From: an uncultured Muribaculaceae bacterium | GTDB lineage: Bacteria > Bacteroidota > Bacteroidia > Bacteroidales > Muribaculaceae | Reading direction: 5' to 3' | Assembly: GCA_944321715.1 (NCBI GenBank) | Contig: CALUMJ010000003.1 | Span: forward strand, 22,567-86,566 | Length of the DNA: 64,000 bases | Shown here: piece after piece, positions 56,560-64,000 of the stretch | How the letters are laid out: each line of letters starts with the position of its first letter | Position numbering within the stretch: the first letter of the stretch is position 1 | The notes under the pieces: generated by a model | Told to the model about the DNA's origin: nothing | The model's database searches: none | The model's input: only the letters and a program-made list of their open reading frames with translations | Position numbers and translations under genes: made by a program

Positions 56560-57642
56560 TTATTTGTCCACAATGCGGTCGAGTAGTTTGACCAATTCGT
56601 CCGAAGGGTTGTCGGTAGCGATGATGTTGCGCACGTCCATGGCTTCGAGCATAGGAGTGTCTTGGGCGTGTGTGGTTATATAGTATATATTGGTGCAGTT
56701 TTTCTTCACAGTTGCGAGAAGTGACGCAAGTGCCGGACTTGATATGGTGGCCGGAGTGATTGAGTTGCCGATGATTATGATGGCATCGGCATTGCGTGAG
56801 GCTTTGGCTATCTGGGCCATTCCGGGAATTACTGATGTGGCAGGGCGTAATTTGCCATTGAAAAACGAAGCGAACGCTCCTGCTATCGCTCCTCCTGCTC
56901 CTCCTGCAGCTATGTACGACACATCTCGGCCATTGTGCTTGAAGTAAACCGATGCCATGTTGCGCAGGCCGTTGTCGAGTATGTCGGTTGTGACCTCGTT
57001 GGCTCCGAGCTGGCGTGCGTGAAGCACGGCAGGGCCAGTAGCGGCATAGAATGCCGCATTGTCGTTGTGCGCGATAGTGAAGCGGCAACGTTTGAGTAGT
57101 GGTGCGTTTTTGCTATCGACGATAGAGTGTACCCTTAACATTTCGGAGCCGCGGCACAGTTGTAATTCCTGGCCATGCTCGTTTAGCATCTTGTAGCCGA
57201 GTGCGTCGAGCATACCCATTCCTGCATCGATGGTTGCGAGTGCGTCGATGCCTATTGTGAAATTGCGGCAATTCCGTGAAAGTGCGTCGATGATTGCATC
57301 ACCTATGCCGTGCGAGAATGTCGTGGCGGGGTTGCACAGGGTGTCGGCAGCGTCGAAGCCGCAGATTTTTGCACCCTCTATGTATGCACTTTTTCCGTCG
57401 TGCGAGATAAGGTATGTTATTTCTGTAGGTTTTAGGTGCAGGTCGCGCACGATTGCCGTTGTGCGCGAAAAGTTGGTGCTTGGCATTGATGCTACAGCGT
57501 CAATAAAGCCTTTTCCGCCCGATGTTAATGGTAGAATCGTGGCGGAGTGGTGTGTCTTGTTTTGTGCAAAGTAAACTTCTGCGGTAATTTTGATTTTTGA
57601 CGCACTGTAGCTGCAAGTAGAATACAGGATAGTAATCTCCAT
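56560..57642 (-). CDS. glycerate-kinase-fold protein, highly divergent
   Basis: Collinear with GlxK-type kinases, but the conserved motifs are altered (TSGGKGF for ADGGEGT, GIDALATIDAG for GIGGSATNDGG, IGNS for TGEG). Confidence 0.6.
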   Translation of the reverse strand: MEITILYSTCSYSASKIKITAEVYFAQNKTHHSATILPLTSGGKGFIDAVASMPSTNFSRTTAIVRDLHLKPTEITYLISHDGKSAYIEGAKICGFDAADTLCNPATTFSHGIGDAIIDALSRNCRNFTIGIDALATIDAGMGMLDALGYKMLNEHGQELQLCRGSEMLRVHSIVDSKNAPLLKRCRFTIAHNDNAAFYAATGPAVLHARQLGANEVTTDILDNGLRNMASVYFKHNGRDVSYIAAGGAGGAIAGAFASFFNGKLRPATSVIPGMAQIAKASRNADAIIIIGNSITPATISSPALASLLATVKKNCTNIYYITTHAQDTPMLEAMDVRNIIATDNPSDELVKLLDRIVDK

Positions 57643-57889
57643 ACTTCTGCAAAGATATTAAAAAAGTGCTTGAAATATTCGATAAAATGGGGAAAATCCT
57701 CGCATGTGGTTGATATATGGGTGTAACAATTGGCACATAAATATCGCACACTAATGTGAAAATGTGTAAAAATCAGAGTGGCGGTGTATTTTGATAAAAA
57801 TTGCCGAAATTCTTCGATTAATTCGCTAATATGCTGAAATACTGACAAAAAGCAATAAAAAATATTTGGCTGCTGCGAGGAAATTGCGT

Positions 57890-57897
57890 TATATTTG
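57890..57897 (+). promoter_or_regulatory. candidate -7 box (TATATTTG) with upstream TTTG (57865-57868) for the HEAT-GT2-TPR/barrel operon
   Basis: TAnnTTTG with a TTTG 21 nt upstream, 90 nt before ATG 57987. Confidence 0.45.
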
Positions 57898-57986
57898 TAT
57901 TGCTATCTATTGGAGTTTAGCAGAAGTTTAACATAAAGCAAGCCTTTTGTCTGGTATGTTTTATAACATAAAAATTTAATGCCTTT

Positions 57987-59198
57987 ATGGAAATTGATTA
58001 CGGTACATACGCACTGAATGTGGTTTCCTACTATTTTTGGTACCTATACGACCTTTTTGTAGGTTTCCCGTTGGTAATACAGATTTGTATCCTCATCATA
58101 ATGCTTAGCATTTGTGTGGGTATATACCTGCTGTGCCAGACGGTTTATCTTTATATAATCAAGCATAAGGAGAAAAAAATAATGGACAGGTTTTTGGAAT
58201 TATATCGCGACCCGATGATTGAAATCGGCAACGACGATGTAATCCACGAACCCGACGAGATAGCCGAGATGATGAATTTCGACCGCCGCAAACCTATGAC
58301 TATCAGAGAGAAACGGCTGCTTGTGCAGATGATAGCCGACACTAAAACCGAAATCACCGACACACGCACCGATGCGGGCGAAACCATCAACAGGACTAAT
58401 TTCCACAATATCATAAAGGCATTCGGGCTGCAAAGCTTCTTTGAAAGTGAGTTGCAATTCTCGCATACTAAGTATAAAGTACGGGCGTTGACCTGGGTGC
58501 GTTTCCTCGAAGAAAATGTACCCGATGCGGTGGTTACGCCGTTGCTTTATTCACGCAACAACGACTTGCGGAAGGCTGCGCAAGCCACTTTCATGTGGAA
58601 TAGCGTTGTCGAGCCGTTCCGGTTTTTCGACAATGGCGATTATGACAAGTATTACCGCGACTGGGACAAAATCGACATACATTCAATATTGGTGAGCCGC
58701 CGCAAGGTGGGGTTGACAATCCCCAATGTGGCGCACTGGGTGAAGGACTCGCAAAACGACAAACTCAAGCCGTTGTTTGCGAGCGAAATACGTTATCTGA
58801 ACAAGGTGAATGAATGTGACGAACTGTTCGACACATTCATTCGCACGAGTGACAGTGAGCTCAAATGTGAAATTGCCTGCACACTCGGAAAAATGCGGCA
58901 CATAGCCGACGAGGAAAACTTAGTGGATGCCTACAAGGCCCAGACCGAGGTGGTGAAAGTGGCCATTATCAATTCAATAGTAGATATGGGAACCGGCCGG
59001 CAAGCCCGCTTCCTTGAGCAATGTTATGATACTGCCGGCGACTATTCGGTGAAATTTGCCGCGGCTCTCGCATTGTCTAAGTATGGCGAAGAGGGCAGGG
59101 CCATTTTCGAGCGCAAGCAGCGCAGTGCAGGGGCTAAATATCAATGGATATTCGACCATATTAACGACCCGATAATCAACAGGAGGTGTGCCGTATGA
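57987..59198 (+). CDS. membrane-anchored HEAT/armadillo-like repeat protein
   Basis: Two N-terminal TM helices followed by an all-helical repeat region. Its stop overlaps the GT2 start (ATGA). Confidence 0.6.
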   Translation: MEIDYGTYALNVVSYYFWYLYDLFVGFPLVIQICILIIMLSICVGIYLLCQTVYLYIIKHKEKKIMDRFLELYRDPMIEIGNDDVIHEPDEIAEMMNFDRRKPMTIREKRLLVQMIADTKTEITDTRTDAGETINRTNFHNIIKAFGLQSFFESELQFSHTKYKVRALTWVRFLEENVPDAVVTPLLYSRNNDLRKAAQATFMWNSVVEPFRFFDNGDYDKYYRDWDKIDIHSILVSRRKVGLTIPNVAHWVKDSQNDKLKPLFASEIRYLNKVNECDELFDTFIRTSDSELKCEIACTLGKMRHIADEENLVDAYKAQTEVVKVAIINSIVDMGTGRQARFLEQCYDTAGDYSVKFAAALALSKYGEEGRAIFERKQRSAGAKYQWIFDHINDPIINRRCAV

Positions 59199-60709
59199 AA
59201 GAAGTTTTGTTTGACATTTACGGCTACGCCGTGTTTTTCTACAGCTTGTTGCTGATTATCAACTACACTGTGCTCATGTTCTTGAGCTTCAATTCACAAC
59301 GCAGGGAAAAGACATTCCTTAGCATTGCGTATATCAAGAAGATGCTCAGCGACTCGCCCTACACGCCTGGCGTGTCGATTGTCGCCCCGGCCTACAATGA
59401 GGAAAGCAATATAATAGACAACGTGGTGTCGATGCTTTCGGTCGATTACCCGAAGTTTGAAGTGGTGATTGTCAATGACGGCAGTACCGACTCAACGCTC
59501 GACAAGCTCATAGAGTATTTCAGCCTTGTGGAGGTGCCGTTTGCTTATCACGAGTCGGTGAAAAGTGCACCAGTGAGGCGCGTATTTAAATCGACGAAGC
59601 CGATATTTGACCAACTTACGGTAGTTGACAAGGAGAATGGCGGCACCAAGGCCGATGCGTCGAATGCCGGCATCAATGCCGCGCGCTATCCCTATTTCAT
59701 CGATACCGACGTTGACTGTATCATCGATAAATACGCGCTTTACAGGCTTGTGTGGGCTGTGCTTAAAGAGAAAACGCCAGTTATCGCCGTCAGCTCCACG
59801 ATGCTCATGGTTAATGGCTGTAAGGTGGAGAATGGACGCATGGTCGAACCGCGTGTGTCGAAGCGTCCCATCCCACTCTTCCAGCAGGTTGAATATTTGC
59901 GTTCATACCTCGTCGGCAAGATGGGGTGGTCGGCACTTAATGCCGTGAACAATGTGTCGGGAGGTTTCGGATTCTTCCGGCGCGATGTGGTGGTGGCTGT
60001 CGGAGGCTACGATTCATCAAGCTTTGCCGAGGATATGGACTTGATAATGCGCATGATTTCTTACATGTGCGAGCTGAACCAGCCCTACCGCATTCCACAT
60101 GTGGCCGAAACTACGTGTTGGACCGAAGGCCCACCGACATTGTGGGCGTTGAACAAGCAACGTACACGTTGGGCGCGAGGGCTCATGCAATGTATGCTTG
60201 TGCATCGCAAATTGCTGTTCAATCCCCGCTATAAGCGATTAGGGTTGATTACCTATCCGTTCATGTTTGTCTTTGAGTTTATTGCGCCTATCATCGAGCT
60301 AATAGGCTATATTTCGCTTATCTGGTTCATATTGATAGGAGCGGTCAACTGGACGACATTCTGGGTACTCCTGCTCATGCTCTACACGTTCAACGAGTTT
60401 ATGTTGCTCGTTATATGCTTCTTCAGCTATTATGTTGAGGATTCGAGCAACCGTGTCAGCAAGTGGGATTATGTGTGGCTATTCTTGGCATCGCTCTTCG
60501 AGCCGATATTTTACCACCCGATTATCGTGTTTTTCTCGGTAAAAGGTTACTTCAGCTTCCTCACCAAGCGTTCATTCAAGTGGGAGGATATCAAGCGTGA
60601 AGGCTTCGGAAAAGAGCGGCAACGCGAAGAGGAGGAACGTCGCCGGCGCGAAGAAGAGGAAGAGGCCGAGGACGACGAACCAGAAGCCGGCGATACAGAT
60701 AGAAAATAA
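59195..60709 (+). CDS. processive family-2 glycosyltransferase (PgaC/BcsA/YaiP-like synthase)
   Basis: VVIVNDGSTD, FIDTDVD, FAEDMDL and QRTRW (nt 60158-60172) motifs. TM helices flank the catalytic domain. Charged C-terminal tail. Confidence 0.88.
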   Translation: MKEVLFDIYGYAVFFYSLLLIINYTVLMFLSFNSQRREKTFLSIAYIKKMLSDSPYTPGVSIVAPAYNEESNIIDNVVSMLSVDYPKFEVVIVNDGSTDSTLDKLIEYFSLVEVPFAYHESVKSAPVRRVFKSTKPIFDQLTVVDKENGGTKADASNAGINAARYPYFIDTDVDCIIDKYALYRLVWAVLKEKTPVIAVSSTMLMVNGCKVENGRMVEPRVSKRPIPLFQQVEYLRSYLVGKMGWSALNAVNNVSGGFGFFRRDVVVAVGGYDSSSFAEDMDLIMRMISYMCELNQPYRIPHVAETTCWTEGPPTLWALNKQRTRWARGLMQCMLVHRKLLFNPRYKRLGLITYPFMFVFEFIAPIIELIGYISLIWFILIGAVNWTTFWVLLLMLYTFNEFMLLVICFFSYYVEDSSNRVSKWDYVWLFLASLFEPIFYHPIIVFFSVKGYFSFLTKRSFKWEDIKREGFGKERQREEEERRRREEEEEAEDDEPEAGDTDRK

Positions 60710-60779
60710 TGACAAAAGTGTGGGAGAAATGGTTTTCTCCCAGCAAGATATAGGAATGAATTAACATAGATGTACGCAC

Positions 60780-63635
60780 ATGAAGCGACAAAGATTTGCA
60801 TATTGGATATTGGCGGTTGTGTGCTCGCTGTTTTTCTTGTCGGCTACCGACGATGACAGTGTGCATTTGCCCGAATATTACGTCGATGCTGCTAAGCAAT
60901 GCTTTGCCCGCCAGCAAAACGAGGAGGCCAAGTTAATCCTCGACAAAGGTGTAAAAGTGCACCCGGTGGACCCCAATATCCGCTGGTTGCTGGGTCGTTA
61001 TTACTACGAGAAGCACGACCTCGACATGGCTCGCTATAACTTGGTGAAAGCCATTGAGAGCGACTACAATCATGTTGAGGCTAAGCAGCTGATTGTGAAA
61101 GTAGAAGATGAGTCGGAACACTATTCAAGTGCTATATGCTATGTTAATGAGTTACTTGAAGTCAACCCATATTGGCGTGGGTTGTGGCGCAAGAAGATTG
61201 AGCTTTACCGCAAGATGGGCAACGATGTGGAAGCCGACCGTCTGCTTGTGCGCATAAGCCAGATTTATCCCGAAGACAGCGGGCTGAAAAAAGATTTGGC
61301 TTACTCCTACGAAATGTCGTATCTCAAATACCGCAAGGCGGGCAACCTTGCCGAAGCTACGAAATATCTCGAAAAATGGCTCGAAGTGAATCCCGACAAT
61401 GCCGAGATTTACCTTGCACTTAGCAATATGTATTTGCAACAGGGCTATACCGACCGTGCATACGATGCTGCTTCGCGTGGAGCCGAGCGGTTCCCGGGCA
61501 ACATGGAGCTATTGCGCAAGAAAGTGGGCATACTGTGCGAGCAGGGGCGGTACACCGAGGCCCTGACATACATCGAAAACCGCATGGCTGGTAACAATTC
61601 GCCAGCGTTGCGCTCATATTATAATTCGCTCCTTGCCGATGCCGCGCTCGCGGCTCGCAACAGCGACCCATACGTGATGTATGGCAAGATATATGAGCAG
61701 ACCCACAGTCGTGAAGCTCTCGATTATTTGCTCAACACGTCGCTGACACGCGGCTACTATGAAGACGCGCGTTATTACCTGTCGGAGGCTAAAAAACTCG
61801 ATGGACGCGATAATACTAAGTTGCTTTACAAGGAATATATGCTCGAACGTCGTTTCGGTAATGAACGCGAAGCCAGCGCATTGCTTAATCGCATTTATCG
61901 GGCAAATCCGAGCGATTACGATGTTACATACGCGATGATACAAGAACAATATGAGCAATCGCAGCGACTCATGAACAACAACGAGTATGGCGAAGCCATC
62001 GCATGTGCGCAATTCGTGGCGAGAAACGAGAAAGAGGACAGCGCACTTGTGGTTTCGGCCCGAGAACGCATCATCACGTGCTACACCATGCTCAAACGCT
62101 ACAATGAGGCTATTGCCGAAGTCGAGGCTTTGAAGGAATACATGCCGTCATATCCGTTGTATGTGGAACGTAAGGGCGACATACTCAACCAGATGGGCCA
62201 TACAGCCGCAGCACTCGACCTGTATTATGTCGCATACAACGATACTACCGCAATTAATCGAAGTATTTATGCAATGGCATACGAGGAAACCGCCGTTCCG
62301 TATATCAAGAAATTGCTGGAAGATGGAGCAACAAACAGGGCATACTATGAAGCACAACGATTGCTCGAAGTGAATCCCGACAGCGACTTGGGGTTGAGAT
62401 ATGCGATAAATTCGGCTGCATTGCTCGGTAAAACCGAGGAATTTGAGCAATATGCCCAAGCCGGAGCCGAAAAATATCCCAACGACTTGTTCTATAAGGT
62501 CAAGATAGCCCAGTCGCTCGATGAAAAGGGCAAATATGACGAATCGCTCGAAATGCTGCGTGGGCAACTTGAAGATTATCCCGATAATCCCGATGTTACT
62601 GGGGCTTATTCGGCAAGCAGCGAGTCGTATGCGCTCGACCTTATACGTGACAACAATCCCGAGGCTGCCATAGCAGTTGTGGATTCGGCCTTGATATTTG
62701 ATGAAAAGAACAACAGCTTGCTGTACACCAAGGGGCTTGCATTCGAAAAGATGCACAACCTTGACTCGGCATATATATATCAATTGCATTATGAGCCGGC
62801 AATAACTGAAGTTGACGATTATAACCAGCACATGCGTGGATTGCTCAATCGCAGTTATAACAATCAGATAGGGCTTTACTACTTGCATTCGCGCCCGGCT
62901 CGTGAAGATGTGATTACTTCGATTGCTTCGGTGGAATACACGCACATTACCGCCAAAAACGACTATATTGCACGCATCAACTACAAAAGCATCGATGGAA
63001 ACATGAATCTCGATGAGGTGAACGAAGACCTCGATGAAGGCGGTGCTGCGTTACAATTCCAGGCTGCATGGACACATAGGTTCAATTCAAAGTGGAGCTT
63101 GAATGCCAACCTTGCATGGGCAAGCGACTATTTCCCCGAGTGGGTGGCTAACGTCGGTGCGACACGGACGTTTAAAAAAGAGTGGGAGCTGAACTTGAAT
63201 GTAGGCTATCGCCGATTGCTCGACGAAAGCAATTTGTTCTCATTGTCGCCCACGGTATCGAAGATGTGGGACCCTGTCCTTGCGAGTTTGCGGCTTGATG
63301 CGCTCACCACCAATAGCGAGTTTTACTTCAACCTCACTGGGCAGGCCAAGTTCTTCCTTAACCAAGACAGGCGTACCAACATCACTGCTATGGCTGGAGT
63401 GGGAAATTATCCCGAGATTACGCTGCTCGACAATGCTATCGTGACTGGCTACCAGTATCACAAGATGTCGTCGATGGTGGGGCTTGGCGGTACAGTCATG
63501 CTCACGCGCAATTTCTCGGTGGGAGTGCTGGGAACATGGTATAACTATTTCAACCCATATAGCGATGTCATAAGCACGGCATCGAAGCACAGGAATATAT
63601 ATAATGTGGAATTGCAGCTATACGTCAACTTCTAA
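60780..63635 (+). CDS. TPR-repeat protein fused to a YaiO-like outer membrane beta-barrel (PgaA-like architecture)
   Basis: Signal peptide, about 600 aa of TPR-like helical repeats, then about 260 aa of alternating beta-strand sequence ending in QLYVNF. Confidence 0.75.
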   Translation: MKRQRFAYWILAVVCSLFFLSATDDDSVHLPEYYVDAAKQCFARQQNEEAKLILDKGVKVHPVDPNIRWLLGRYYYEKHDLDMARYNLVKAIESDYNHVEAKQLIVKVEDESEHYSSAICYVNELLEVNPYWRGLWRKKIELYRKMGNDVEADRLLVRISQIYPEDSGLKKDLAYSYEMSYLKYRKAGNLAEATKYLEKWLEVNPDNAEIYLALSNMYLQQGYTDRAYDAASRGAERFPGNMELLRKKVGILCEQGRYTEALTYIENRMAGNNSPALRSYYNSLLADAALAARNSDPYVMYGKIYEQTHSREALDYLLNTSLTRGYYEDARYYLSEAKKLDGRDNTKLLYKEYMLERRFGNEREASALLNRIYRANPSDYDVTYAMIQEQYEQSQRLMNNNEYGEAIACAQFVARNEKEDSALVVSARERIITCYTMLKRYNEAIAEVEALKEYMPSYPLYVERKGDILNQMGHTAAALDLYYVAYNDTTAINRSIYAMAYEETAVPYIKKLLEDGATNRAYYEAQRLLEVNPDSDLGLRYAINSAALLGKTEEFEQYAQAGAEKYPNDLFYKVKIAQSLDEKGKYDESLEMLRGQLEDYPDNPDVTGAYSASSESYALDLIRDNNPEAAIAVVDSALIFDEKNNSLLYTKGLAFEKMHNLDSAYIYQLHYEPAITEVDDYNQHMRGLLNRSYNNQIGLYYLHSRPAREDVITSIASVEYTHITAKNDYIARINYKSIDGNMNLDEVNEDLDEGGAALQFQAAWTHRFNSKWSLNANLAWASDYFPEWVANVGATRTFKKEWELNLNVGYRRLLDESNLFSLSPTVSKMWDPVLASLRLDALTTNSEFYFNLTGQAKFFLNQDRRTNITAMAGVGNYPEITLLDNAIVTGYQYHKMSSMVGLGGTVMLTRNFSVGVLGTWYNYFNPYSDVISTASKHRNIYNVELQLYVNF

Positions 63636-64000
63636 AGCCGGTGCGGTTGCGCTGTTGCTTATGATTGCTGCTGGCTGTGGAAATGCGTCTACCGCGGCCA
63701 GAGAGGGCAGCAATGCCGACGTAAATGGCTCATACAGCGATAATAATGTGCCCGATAAAGCCGATGGATTGGCATCCGTAACGGATTCATCGAAGATTCC
63801 GGCTTTTGAATACCGTGAAGCATACTTGCCCGAAAATATCAGTTGGGAGCAATCGGAAAAGAATGGTGAGAACAACGTGGGTCGTGATTGGGGTATATGG
63901 GGGCATAATCTATATCAGGCGGTGGGCGAAAACGCCGATGCTTCGGTATATGCCACAGTCGATGGCAAGCGATACGACGGTCAATACTGTTTTTCGTCAG
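63604..64000 (+). CDS. lipoprotein, 5' part (continues beyond the window); possibly a DUF4838/glycoside-hydrolase-like protein
   Basis: My own translation gives MWNCSYTSTSKAGAVALLLMIAAGCGNAS... (lipobox AAGC), then ...PAFEYREAYLPEN...RDWGIWGHNL...QYCFSS. It stays open to the window end and overlaps the previous stop by 32 nt. It is not in the supplied ORF track. Confidence 0.5.
   Translation, partial: MWNCSYTSTSKAGAVALLLMIAAGCGNASTAAREGSNADVNGSYSDNNVPDKADGLASVTDSSKIPAFEYREAYLPENISWEQSEKNGENNVGRDWGIWGHNLYQAVGENADASVYATVDGKRYDGQYCFSS

Noticed and set aside
1-64000. TAnnTTTG motifs as proof of promoters, and a search for tRNA, rRNA, tmRNA, integrase, transposase and prophage genes.
   Set aside because: About 30 chance TAnnTTTG matches are expected in 64 kb on two strands, so I report only those 12-100 nt upstream of a start codon, and at low confidence. 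I saw no cloverleaf-type RNA genes, rRNA segments, recombinase or transposase ORFs, or phage structural genes in any frame.

Overview
This 64 kb window looks like a chromosomal segment of a Bacteroidota (Bacteroidales-type) genome. Three things point that way: T9SS C-terminal sorting domains, lipoproteins with acidic residues after the lipobox Cys, and TAnnTTTG -7 boxes in front of many genes. Coding density is high. Most genes are housekeeping: copA 3' end, rsmD, maeB, thyA, asnA, ybeY, mnmG, apt, uvrC, dtd, a mazG-like gene, deoC, purN and cdd. There is also a MarR-TolC-HlyD-MFS efflux operon. I recognised no rRNA, tRNA, CRISPR array, integrase or transposase. The regions worth a second look are: (1) an AAA_14/DUF4143-type ATPase gene bracketed by direct copies of an iteron-like 23-bp tandem array; (2) a translationally coupled HEAT-repeat / processive GT2 / TPR plus YaiO-like barrel / lipoprotein operon, which looks like an uncharacterised synthase-dependent exopolysaccharide system; (3) a TonB-dependent receptor paired with an 878-aa surface lipoprotein carrying two tandem OB-fold-like modules, with a T9SS-secreted endonuclease I about 11 kb away; (4) a hybrid histidine kinase that lacks both the phospho-acceptor His and the receiver Asp; (5) an MNT antitoxin with a decayed HEPN partner, flanked by 27-bp direct repeats; (6) tandem DUF3943 paralogs with mosaic conservation; (7) two nested inverted-repeat (MITE/REP-like) elements, a GH92 gene relic, and a face-to-face overlapping promoter and start-codon pair. 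All family assignments come from motif recognition by eye, with no database search.
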